Shown here piece by piece: positions 19,359-27,852 of a stretch of DNA of 64,000 nt. The stretch's first letter is position 1. Every line of letters starts with the position of its first letter. Source of the stretch: Pyrinomonadaceae bacterium (GTDB lineage Bacteria > Acidobacteriota > Blastocatellia > Pyrinomonadales > Pyrinomonadaceae); assembly GCA_036745095.1 (NCBI GenBank), contig DAIOGT010000001.1:26201-90200 (forward strand), written 5' to 3'. Position numbers and translations under genes: made by a program. Below the pieces are notes generated by a model. The model had not been told where the DNA came from, ran no database searches, and saw nothing but the letters and a program-made list of their open reading frames with translations.

Positions 19359-19973
19359 ATGGACAACGCAGTTGCACTCGTCCAAACGTACTTGCAGGTA
19401 AATGGCTACTTCACGATTGCTGAATATCCGATCGTTGGAAGTGGCCGCCACGGAGGTTACCGCACAGTGACGGATCTCGACATACTCGCGTTTCGCTTTC
19501 CCGCCGCCACTCGGTTAGTCCCCAGACTCCACGGGAAAACAGATAAGGTCGATCGAGAAGAACCAGACCCGGTGCTTGGCGTTCCGTCTGATCAAGCAGA
19601 CATGCTGATCGGAGAAGTAAAAGAAGGAGCCGCTCAAATGAATGAAGCGGCAACCGATCCAGCTGTGCTTGAAGCGGCGCTGGCCCGCTTTGGCTGCTGT
19701 CCTTCAATGAACACTCGGCAACTCGCTGAGACGCTGATCAGGAAAGGGCGAACTATTCTCCCTTCACGGCACCATCTGCGGATGGTGGCGTTCGGTCGCG
19801 TGGAGGAAGATGAACGTCATGCCGTCTATCTAACCATCTCGATGGGCCATGTGATCCGGTTTCTGCAGGATTATTTGCGGGGGCATTGGGACGTGCTGCG
19901 ACACGCGCAGTTCAAGGATCCAGCTTTTGGGTTTCTGGCGACCCTCGAAAAAGCCAGACAAGGACTCATATGA
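19359..19973 (+). CDS. hypothetical protein, possible PD-(D/E)xK nuclease-like fold
   Basis: TDLDILAF ... IGEVKEG resembles a D...(D/E)xK core. Motif-level evidence only. Confidence 0.4.
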   Translation: MDNAVALVQTYLQVNGYFTIAEYPIVGSGRHGGYRTVTDLDILAFRFPAATRLVPRLHGKTDKVDREEPDPVLGVPSDQADMLIGEVKEGAAQMNEAATDPAVLEAALARFGCCPSMNTRQLAETLIRKGRTILPSRHHLRMVAFGRVEEDERHAVYLTISMGHVIRFLQDYLRGHWDVLRHAQFKDPAFGFLATLEKARQGLI

Positions 19974-20047
19974 CCGACAAAGTCGGGCGTATTGGCAAGA
20001 CTAACCGACTCCGAAAAGGAGCCGCTTATATATAAAGGAGAGAAGCA

Positions 20048-20464
20048 ATGAAATCGAGAACGAATTTGTTAGCAAAGGCAGCGGCGCTCGCTTTGCTAAT
20101 GGGGGCTTTCAGCATTCCGTTGTTAGCCCAAGACAAACATGAAGGCATGATGAAGATCGGCAAGAAAGGAGAGGTCACATTCGACTCACCCGTGCGTGTC
20201 GGCGACCAACTCCTTGAAAAGGGGACGTACCAAATCCAACACATAATGGAAGGTGCAGATCACGTCATCGTGTTCAGGCAAATGTCGCGCGACTACTACC
20301 GGCAACTGAGGAGCGGGAAGGAAGTCGCACGTGTGAAATGCCGCGTGGAGCCTCTCGGTGAGAAGGCAAAGCACGGCGGCATGCGCTTCGGTACTAACGC
20401 GGCTGGCGAAACAACCGTTGAAGAAGTTCACGTGCGAGGTGAGAACGTCAAACACCTCATCTGA
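20048..20464 (+). CDS. secreted hypothetical protein
   Basis: Good SD (AAAGGAGAG) and signal peptide ...SIPLLAQD. No motif recognised. Confidence 0.55.
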   Translation: MKSRTNLLAKAAALALLMGAFSIPLLAQDKHEGMMKIGKKGEVTFDSPVRVGDQLLEKGTYQIQHIMEGADHVIVFRQMSRDYYRQLRSGKEVARVKCRVEPLGEKAKHGGMRFGTNAAGETTVEEVHVRGENVKHLI

Positions 20465-20521
20465 GCCGTTTACGCGGGCGGTTGGGCTGTTGAAGCGGCA
20501 TAAGTCAGGTTAATCAGCGGC

Positions 20522-20553
20522 GAGCCGGCGCGGCGCGAACGCCGCGCTGGCTC
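20522..20553 (+). terminator. GC-rich hairpin (terminator-like, no clear U-tract)
   Basis: GAGCCGGCGCGGCG-cgaa-CGCCGCGCTGGCTC, 58 nt after the stop of 20048..20464. Confidence 0.4.
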
Positions 20554-20596
20554 AGTCGCAAGTCAATGTTCCGAGGATTCAGAAGGAGGCTTAACA

Positions 20597-20890
20597 ATGA
20601 GCGAACATAAATTAGAAAACCCCGGCGATGAACCGCTGGGCAGTGTCGATGTGAGCGAGTTGATTGCTACACGAGCGCACGAGATATTTCAAAGCCGCGG
20701 TGGCGAGCACGGGCACGATCTTGACGATTGGCTCCAAGCGGAACAAGAGGTCCGGGGATCGTTGAGTACCGAAAACCTTGTATCAGCCGCCGATCAGCAA
20801 CTCGCGGCAAGAGCGGGCGCGGCAACAAGCCTGTCTGCGAGTGAACCCCAAGCGTCCGAGCCAAGTGCTCGCAGTGGCAAGAAGAGGTGA
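20597..20890 (+). CDS. DUF2934-domain protein
   Basis: RAHEIFQSRGGEHGHDLDDWLQAEQEV matches the DUF2934 signature as I remember it. Strong SD GAAGGAGG. Confidence 0.6.
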   Translation: MSEHKLENPGDEPLGSVDVSELIATRAHEIFQSRGGEHGHDLDDWLQAEQEVRGSLSTENLVSAADQQLAARAGAATSLSASEPQASEPSARSGKKR

Positions 20891-20974
20891 CGGACCGCGC
20901 AAGGCCGCTTTGGTCACGCAGTCTCGATCTCGCCTTAGCGCGCTTGCTTTGGCGCGGGGAGGAGGCGTCTGCAA

Positions 20975-21445
20975 ATGGACTTGTTACAGCTTTGGCAAAA
21001 CATCGGTCAGGAAGCGAGAGATCTGGCAACAGCCGTCGAGCGGCTTCCCGATGAGTGCGAATGCGGCGACGCGGATGCTCATCTGAGCGGCAGGTGTGCC
21101 TGTTGCGGCGGACATACTCATGGTCATCATCCCACTGACAGTCAGGACTGTGTAGAGATAATCCGTCGTCTGCGAACGGATCTAACAGTGTTGGGCCAAG
21201 ACCTGTCAGTTGCGGGTCCAGCGCTTGGCGCCTCTGCGCTTGAGACTCAACGTCTGGAACTGCGGCGGGGCATCTTTCTCGCGGCTGCCGATTTGGAGGC
21301 GATCCTTGAATCGTTCAAGCGACTGACCGAGTCCGTGGCGGGGTTTCGACGGGAATGCACGATCACTCGCATGCGGACGGTCAAGCGCCGGTGTGTCGAA
21401 CTGCGTGATCATTGCGACCGTGTTAATGCGGAGTTGCTCGATTAG
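20975..21445 (+). CDS. Cys/His-rich helical protein, paralog 3 of 3 (CxCGDx3HLxGRCxCC motif)
   Basis: ECECGDADAHLSGRCACCGGHTHGHH. Collinear with 199..741. SD GGGGAGGAGG. Confidence 0.6.
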   Translation: MDLLQLWQNIGQEARDLATAVERLPDECECGDADAHLSGRCACCGGHTHGHHPTDSQDCVEIIRRLRTDLTVLGQDLSVAGPALGASALETQRLELRRGIFLAAADLEAILESFKRLTESVAGFRRECTITRMRTVKRRCVELRDHCDRVNAELLD

Positions 21446-21562
21446 AGACCGACCAACGATTAAATGATGACCGTTGACAACAACACGCATCGAGACTGTC
21501 GTCCTTATATATAAGGCGAATGCCCATGCTGTCAGGATTCTTGAAAGTAGGTTGCAAGACGA

Positions 21563-21733
21563 ATGGTTATAAGAATTATCGGGACGCTTATAGCTTTGGT
21601 AAGTCTTTATTTCTATATCTTCCATCTCGCGAAGCGCGGGCAAGAGCCGCATACTTTCTTGGCGCTGCTCGCCGGCATAGTCCTTATGATTGGTCTCTGG
21701 CTTGCGCTCCCGGGACGGCGGACGAAGAAGTAA
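21563..21733 (+). CDS. possible 56-aa two-TM membrane protein (below the ORF-track cutoff)
   Basis: Hand translation: MVIRIIGTLIALVSLYFYIFHLAKRGQEPHTFLALLAGIVLMIGLWLALPGRRTKK*. Two hydrophobic helices with a basic tail. It is more protein-like than the overlapping track ORF 21520..21747. The SD is weak. Confidence 0.3.
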   Translation: MVIRIIGTLIALVSLYFYIFHLAKRGQEPHTFLALLAGIVLMIGLWLALPGRRTKK

Positions 21734-21784
21734 TAAAGCAGAGTTGAGCGTGCATGGGCGATGAAGTTACGGCAAAGCTGAAGT

Positions 21785-22876
21785 ATGAGAGACCACCGGT
21801 TCAAATTCGGATTGCGTTGGAAGCTGAATCTGCTGATCGGCGTGATAGTGATTCTTACTATGAGTCTCTTCGAGGGGCTCAGCCTTTATCGCGAACGGCA
21901 AATGCTTATCTCCGCTCGCTCCCAGCACCTGGAAGAGTTAGCCCACCACTTGGGCTGGGTGGTGAGGAATTCAGGCGGACAGGACCAGCAGAATGTGATT
22001 TTCAATTACGAGCGCGCCATCAACAGTGACGGTGCGTACGGGTACCGGGCGCTGATCCTCAACGATCGGTCCCAGGTTGTTGCTGCCACTAACCCTCAGT
22101 TGGTGGGCACGGTAATGGATGAGCGAAGATTGCTGCAGAGTTACAAGAAGATAGGCACCGATACTCCCGCGCAAGTGTATCTCGAAGACACCGCACAGAT
22201 GGCGGTGACACTACCGATCGTTGTGCGCTCCGACGAGCCAGGCACCGGAGACAAATCCCTTACGGTTTTGATCTCTGCACCGCTCGATGACATCTGGAAG
22301 AGTTTGAACACCTCCCTGATAACACACGCCTTTCATCTCCTCTTTACAGTTCTAGCGCTCGCCCTCGTCACCAACCTCGCCCTGTCAGTCTTCGTACTTC
22401 AACCAATTCGCAAGCTATTGGCTGGGATGAGGCGGATGGAGAGAGGAGAGTGGACCAACGAACTTCCGGTCAGGACTAGCGACGAGATTGGCAGATTGAC
22501 GAGGGGCTACAACGCTCTGGGACGGAATTTGGAGACGAAGGTTCGCTGTCTAGTGAGAGCCGAGAAACTAGCTTCGGTCGCGCTGGTGGCTATTCAGTTG
22601 AACCGGGAACTGAAAAAACCGATCGAGCGAATCCGCGGCAGCGCTGACTATCTGTGCCGGCACAACGCCTTCGATAGCGAATCAGCACACGCGATCGGCA
22701 GAATCTTCGATCAGACGGAAAGAATTTTGGGGCTGAGTGATAAGTTTAACCGGGATTTCTCCGCGCAGTTTGAATCGGAGGAGAATCATGATGAGAAACG
22801 CAACGGCGCAAGTCGGGAACCTAACGGCGGGCCACGAAAGCCACCGGCAGGAGGATCGGCGGTCGCTCATCTTTAG
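21785..22876 (+). CDS. membrane sensor with HAMP and a degenerate DHp-like helix, but no ATPase domain
   Basis: Two TMs flank a ~150-aa extracytoplasmic region. HAMP: PIRKLLAGMRRMERGEW...SDEIGRLTRGYNALG. Then ALVAIQLNRELKKPI where kinases carry the H-box, and the protein ends ~90 aa later. Confidence 0.65.
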   Translation: MRDHRFKFGLRWKLNLLIGVIVILTMSLFEGLSLYRERQMLISARSQHLEELAHHLGWVVRNSGGQDQQNVIFNYERAINSDGAYGYRALILNDRSQVVAATNPQLVGTVMDERRLLQSYKKIGTDTPAQVYLEDTAQMAVTLPIVVRSDEPGTGDKSLTVLISAPLDDIWKSLNTSLITHAFHLLFTVLALALVTNLALSVFVLQPIRKLLAGMRRMERGEWTNELPVRTSDEIGRLTRGYNALGRNLETKVRCLVRAEKLASVALVAIQLNRELKKPIERIRGSADYLCRHNAFDSESAHAIGRIFDQTERILGLSDKFNRDFSAQFESEENHDEKRNGASREPNGGPRKPPAGGSAVAHL

Positions 22877-23276
22877 TTGTGGTGACTGCCTGTTTCTGAT
22901 TCTCGTGGGCGTGGCAACCAGTCTGATGATGTATTTCGTTCACAGTCTGACGATGCATGTCGTTTACAGTCCGGTCTGGCACTTCACTTTATCCCTGGTT
23001 GTCGGGATGAGTCTCGCGATGATCATTCAACCTCTGCTGGCCTTGGGTGTCGCGCCCATTCTGGGCTCTATCGAGAGCATGGTTCCGTCGATGGTAGCGG
23101 CGATGGGCATCCCGATGATGATTTGTCTACTTGATCTGGTGGGAATCAACGTGAGTCGAACTGGAATTCTAGCATTGGGAGCAGCCGGAGGGATTACCAG
23201 CTTTGTTCTGCTCAAGGCGTATGGGTACAGGTGTAGAAAATGTTTTTGCTGCGAATTTCCGCGGAAGGAAGGTTAG
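22788..23276 (+). CDS. hypothetical integral membrane protein
   Basis: GGAGGAG lies 4 nt before ATG at 22788. Four or five hydrophobic helices. Overlaps the 3' tail of the upstream ORF by 89 nt. Confidence 0.45.
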   Translation: MMRNATAQVGNLTAGHESHRQEDRRSLIFSCGDCLFLILVGVATSLMMYFVHSLTMHVVYSPVWHFTLSLVVGMSLAMIIQPLLALGVAPILGSIESMVPSMVAAMGIPMMICLLDLVGINVSRTGILALGAAGGITSFVLLKAYGYRCRKCFCCEFPRKEG

Positions 23277-23278
23277 TG

Positions 23279-23920
23279 ATGTCGGCGGTCTGGGACAAGC
23301 GGGCAAGATTCTATGATCTTTTTGAAGGTTCAGACTTGCGACGAGGGCCGGCCAAAGCCGCGCTCTTTCGAGAGATGGTTGGCCGCGTGCTCTTCGTCTC
23401 TGTGGGAACTGGGGTTGACATCAGGCACTTTCCGCCCGCCGGTCAGATTGTGGCTATTGATGTTAGCGCGGAAATGCTGCGAAGAGCCGAAGATCGCCGA
23501 AAGCGCTATCGGGGCGTTCTCAGCTTCGTGCAGGCAGATGCACTTAGCTTGTGCTTTCCCGATGCCTCGTTTGACACCGTCGTCACCTCCTGCACGATGT
23601 GCTCGGTGCCTAATCCCCCGCGAGCGTTCCGAGAACTCCGCCGCGTTCTACGTCCCAGCGGACAGCTTCTCATGTTTGAGCACATGAGGAGCCGCAACCC
23701 CATTCTTGGCCTGGCGCTGGATCTGATGACGCTGACGTTGCGGCACGCCGGGACCGAGATGAACCGCGATACCCTCGGCAATGCAACGAGCGCAGGGTTT
23801 CGCATCACGCAGGTGGACAGTGTGTTTCTGGACATCATCCTGTCAGTCCGTGCAGTGAAGGCGGAGGAGAAGGAAGCGTATTGGTACGAGAGAAGAACAT
23901 GCATGGAGCAACATGATTGA
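23279..23920 (+). CDS. class I SAM-dependent methyltransferase
   Basis: Motif I VLFVSVGTGVD, post-I IDVSAEML, and LRPSGQLLMFEH (Methyltransf_11-like). Confidence 0.8.
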   Translation: MSAVWDKRARFYDLFEGSDLRRGPAKAALFREMVGRVLFVSVGTGVDIRHFPPAGQIVAIDVSAEMLRRAEDRRKRYRGVLSFVQADALSLCFPDASFDTVVTSCTMCSVPNPPRAFRELRRVLRPSGQLLMFEHMRSRNPILGLALDLMTLTLRHAGTEMNRDTLGNATSAGFRITQVDSVFLDIILSVRAVKAEEKEAYWYERRTCMEQHD

Positions 23921-25439
23921 CACTGTTTCCACTCAAGGAGTTCACTCCTTAAAGCTGCGCCGTGTCGGCATCGACACACACCAGGAGCACGTAATCTTCA
24001 TGCGGAGCGATTGTCATGTATGCCGTGCCGAGGGTTTTGCGGCTCAGGCGCGCATTCAGGTTCGGAACGGTGAGCACTCGATAATCGCAACTCTCAATGT
24101 GGTCACCGGCGATTTGCTGGCGCACGGCGAAGCGGGTTTGTCGGAGGTGGCATGGCTAATGTTGGGCGCGAGGGAAGGCGACAGGATTACACTGTCGCAT
24201 GCACCACCACTCGAATCTCTCAGTCAACTCCGGACGAAGATATATGGCAAAAGGTTAGGCGCATCCGCAATGTCCGCCATACTCCGTGACGTGGCGGCTG
24301 GTCTTTATTCTGACATCCATCTTTCTTCGTTTGTTACCGCTTGCGCCGGCGACCGCATGGATCTTCAAGAAATAGTTGATCTCACGCGAGCTATGATCGA
24401 CGTAGGCGAACGACTTGATTGGGAGATAAGTCCAGTTGTGGATAAGCACTGCGTTGGCGGCTTGCCAGGGAATCGCACTACGCTTTTGGTCGTACCGATC
24501 GTGTCAGCATTTGGAATGGTCATGCCAAAGACCTCATCGCGGGCGATTACTTCTCCAGCAGGCACTGCCGACACGATGGAGACACTAGCGCCGGTAAACC
24601 TCGACCTCTCGCAAATGCGGTCCGTCGTTGAACGCGAAGGAGGCTGTATTGCTTGGGGTGGCTCCATACGGTTAAGTCCTGCCGATGATGTTTTGATAAG
24701 AGTGGAGAGGGCGCTTGATCTCGACAGCGAAGGGCAGTTGGTTGCCTCCGTTCTCTCGAAGAAGGCTGCAGCCGGATCGACTCACGTTGTGATTGACATT
24801 CCGGTAGGCCCGACGGCGAAGGTGAGAACTCTAAAGTCAGCTGAAACGCTCGAGGATCACTTGGTCGGGGTCGGCAGAGCCGTAGGCCTCAAAGTGCAGG
24901 TAGCAATTACCGACGGCTCGCAGCCGGTGGGCCGCGGAATTGGGCCGGCACTGGAAGCGAGAGATGTCGTTGCAGTCTTGCATGGCTGGCCTGATGCGCC
25001 GGCGGACCTCCGTGAACGGGCACTCGTATTGGCAGGGCACGTATTGGAGTTCTCGCCTGAAGTTCCAAAGGGCACAGGAAAGGCCTTGGCCCAATCCATA
25101 CTCGATTCAGGGCAAGCGCTGCGAAAGTTTCAGGCCATCTGCGAAGCCCAAGGCGGCATGCGCGAGCCGCCTCGCGCGGCCTACACCAACGAGGTGTTAG
25201 CAAGAAGCGCGGGCCGGATTGCAGGCATTGATAACCGGCGACTGGCGCGAGTTGCCAAACTCGCCGGGGCTCCAACGGCTCCTGCTTCAGGTCTTGATCT
25301 GCACACCTCGCTCGAAGCGCGCGTTGATAAGGGGCAGCCGCTTTTCACTGTTCATGCGGAAGCGCCGGGAGAACTGGCCTACGCACTCGACTACGTAAAA
25401 GCCAATCCGGACATCGTGCAAATTCAGGAGGCGAGATGA
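23913..25439 (+). CDS. thymidine phosphorylase family protein (long N-terminal-extension type)
   Basis: DKHCVGGLPGNRTTLLVVP, SSRAITSPAGTADTME and SVLSKKAAAG are pyrimidine-nucleoside phosphorylase motifs. Confidence 0.85.
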   Translation: MIDTVSTQGVHSLKLRRVGIDTHQEHVIFMRSDCHVCRAEGFAAQARIQVRNGEHSIIATLNVVTGDLLAHGEAGLSEVAWLMLGAREGDRITLSHAPPLESLSQLRTKIYGKRLGASAMSAILRDVAAGLYSDIHLSSFVTACAGDRMDLQEIVDLTRAMIDVGERLDWEISPVVDKHCVGGLPGNRTTLLVVPIVSAFGMVMPKTSSRAITSPAGTADTMETLAPVNLDLSQMRSVVEREGGCIAWGGSIRLSPADDVLIRVERALDLDSEGQLVASVLSKKAAAGSTHVVIDIPVGPTAKVRTLKSAETLEDHLVGVGRAVGLKVQVAITDGSQPVGRGIGPALEARDVVAVLHGWPDAPADLRERALVLAGHVLEFSPEVPKGTGKALAQSILDSGQALRKFQAICEAQGGMREPPRAAYTNEVLARSAGRIAGIDNRRLARVAKLAGAPTAPASGLDLHTSLEARVDKGQPLFTVHAEAPGELAYALDYVKANPDIVQIQEAR

Positions 25440-26413
25440 GGTCAATCGTTCTGCCGTTACCTGGCAACGAACAGTTGGCGGGCTCACTTGTCGCTCAGCT
25501 TGACGCAGAGCTTGGCAAATTCACTATTCGTCGATTTCCCGACGGCGAAACCTACGTGCGCATCGAAACTCCTATTGCCGATCACTCTATCATTCTGGTC
25601 GCTACTCTTGATCGTCCAGACGAGAGAATCATGCCGTTAATCTTGCTGGCCGCCACCGCCAGAGATCTTGGCGCCGCGCAAGTGGGATTGGTCGCTCCTT
25701 ATCTCGCTTACATGCGCCAGGACCATCGCTTCAATGCTGGTGAAGGAGTCACGTCGGTTTACTTTGCGAAGCTGCTCTCTTCTTTTGTTGACTGGCTGGT
25801 GACGGTCGACCCGCATCTGCACCGGCGTAGCTCCCTCGCTGAGATTTATCCGATCCCCACTACTGTTGTGCACGCTGCGCCACGGATTTCAGAGTGGATT
25901 CGCGCCAATGTGAAGAATGCAGTCCTGATTGGTCCGGACAACGAAAGCGCTCAGTGGGCGTCTGCTGTCGCCAGAGAGGCAGGCGCTCCGTGTGTCGTTC
26001 TCGAAAAATTCCGTCATGGTGATCGTGAAGTAGAAGTGACAGTCCCCAGCGTTGAAGGGCTCCGCGATTACACGCCAGTTTTGGTTGACGACATAATCTC
26101 TACCGCCCGCACGATGATCGAAACTATCGAGCACCTGAAACGCGCGGGCCTAACGCCGCCGGTGTGCATCGGAGTGCATGCCGTCTTCGCCCGTGCTGCA
26201 TATGAGGAACTACTTGCGGCGGGACCCGCGCGAATAGTTACGTGCAACACGATAACGCATTCATCCAACGCCATCGACATCGCGGACTTATTGGCCGATG
26301 GCGTTCGCGAGACACAAGGGTCTTTCCAAGCAGCTATGAATCTCTTAAGTGAAAAGAAGTATTCTCATGAACAAGTCATTGGCTCAGATGCGTCAGGAAG
26401 TAAGGACAGGTGA
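25436..26413 (+). CDS. prs: ribose-phosphate diphosphokinase (PRPP synthase family)
   Basis: FPDGETYVRI, then VLVDDIISTARTM (PRPP-binding loop). ATGA-coupled to the upstream gene. Confidence 0.8.
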   Translation: MRSIVLPLPGNEQLAGSLVAQLDAELGKFTIRRFPDGETYVRIETPIADHSIILVATLDRPDERIMPLILLAATARDLGAAQVGLVAPYLAYMRQDHRFNAGEGVTSVYFAKLLSSFVDWLVTVDPHLHRRSSLAEIYPIPTTVVHAAPRISEWIRANVKNAVLIGPDNESAQWASAVAREAGAPCVVLEKFRHGDREVEVTVPSVEGLRDYTPVLVDDIISTARTMIETIEHLKRAGLTPPVCIGVHAVFARAAYEELLAAGPARIVTCNTITHSSNAIDIADLLADGVRETQGSFQAAMNLLSEKKYSHEQVIGSDASGSKDR

Positions 26414-26522
26414 GGCCACTAGCTTTTGATTCGAATACCGACTACGTGTTGCGCCAGAGTCGGGCGCAGTACCGATCGCGTCCCGTCTTAGTTCAAGGCC
26501 TGTTTCCGGCTTTCAAAAAAAG

Positions 26523-26555
26523 CTTGACCTATCACCAGCGCACAGGTTCTAGACT
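26523..26555 (+). promoter_or_regulatory. second copy of CTTGAC-N16-GGTTCTAGACT (TTGACC, 20-nt spacer, TAGACT)
   Basis: Identical flanks and spacing to 16645..16677, with the shared internal CGCAC. About 230 nt upstream of the decahaem cytochrome start. Confidence 0.45.
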
Positions 26556-26784
26556 GCCGTCCTAAGAGCTGACAACGAAGTATTGCGAAAGCATCTCCAA
26601 AGGGTAACCAGAAACGCTGGATACAGAGAAGGCTGTTAGGCACGGCTGGGAGACTCGTGATTGGCAACCCAAGTACCTAGCTCCGGGTCAACTACTTGGG
26701 GCGATAAGTGAAATGGCTTCTGTAACTAGGTCCGCGTTACAGTCCGCTGGTTTCAGCCCCGAAGATCATTAAGGAGGTAAGGTG

Positions 26785-27804
26785 ATGTCGCGCGCAAAGG
26801 CGTTCAAATTTCTGGCGATCTGCGGCGTTCTTCTGTCGGCCTTCTCGTGGGTTAGTTTGAAATCGTTGTCTAATTCATCCGCGAGCGCGATGAACGACGT
26901 ACCTTCGGTCGGAGCGGTTAACATCAGCGATGACTACGTCGGCAGCGATGCGTGCAAGGACTGCCACGAAGATCAATTCAAGAACTTCTCTCATACCGCG
27001 CATGCCAAGCTCGCGACTCTCGGGTCCTGGAAGGGCAAAGTGACTGGCTGCGAGCAATGTCATGGCCCTGGTAAAGCACACATTCAAGAGGGCGATAAAA
27101 CGAAGATCCTCTCCTTTGCGAACAAGTCGCCGAAGGCGATCTCCGAGACATGCCTGACCTGCCACGCTGGCAAAGATGAACACAACAACTTCCGTCGTGG
27201 CGAGCACTGGCGCAACGATGTCGGCTGCACCGACTGTCACTCGTCACATAGTCCCGAACCAACCACCGGTAATCCCAGATCGAATACTTTCGTGTCCGAA
27301 GCCGCGCGGCGCAATACCGATACGTTGGTGGCGCACATGTTGCGCAATAGCGAACCACAACTCTGCCTAAATTGCCACACAGAGATGAAGGCGCAGTTCA
27401 ACATGCCCTTTCATCACCGCGTGCTCGAGGGCACGATGAAGTGCACCGATTGCCATAACGCGCATGGCGGCTTCGAACTCAAACAGACGAGACTTTCGGT
27501 TGGCGCTGATTCGGGTTGTCTCAAGTGTCATGTAGATAAGCAAGGCCCATTCGTCTTCGAGCATGCGCCGCTCAAGATCGACGGCTGTGCCATATGTCAC
27601 TCGCCGCACGGTTCCGCTAACCCGAAATTGCTGGTGCGATCACAGATCAGGCAGTTGTGTCTGGAATGCCACAGCAACGTCGCTGAGATAGGTGCGCCGA
27701 ACACCCCTAGTTTCCATAATCAGGCGACCGTCCGATTCCAGAATTGCACGACGTGTCACGTCAAGATTCACGGATCGCAGGTGGATCCTACCTTCTTCCG
27801 ATAG
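26785..27804 (+). CDS. periplasmic decahaem c-type cytochrome, MtrA/DmsE/PioA-like
   Basis: Ten CxxCH motifs by hand count (CKDCH, CEQCH, CLTCH, CTDCH, CLNCH, CTDCH, CLKCH, CAICH, CLECH, CTTCH) in ~340 aa. Signal peptide present. C-terminal CHVKIHGSQVDPTFFR. AAGGAGG SD. Confidence 0.9.
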   Translation: MSRAKAFKFLAICGVLLSAFSWVSLKSLSNSSASAMNDVPSVGAVNISDDYVGSDACKDCHEDQFKNFSHTAHAKLATLGSWKGKVTGCEQCHGPGKAHIQEGDKTKILSFANKSPKAISETCLTCHAGKDEHNNFRRGEHWRNDVGCTDCHSSHSPEPTTGNPRSNTFVSEAARRNTDTLVAHMLRNSEPQLCLNCHTEMKAQFNMPFHHRVLEGTMKCTDCHNAHGGFELKQTRLSVGADSGCLKCHVDKQGPFVFEHAPLKIDGCAICHSPHGSANPKLLVRSQIRQLCLECHSNVAEIGAPNTPSFHNQATVRFQNCTTCHVKIHGSQVDPTFFR

Positions 27805-27852
27805 GGTAGCGTCGAGATAGGGTCGCAGTCCTATTGAGCGAGGATCGTTGAT

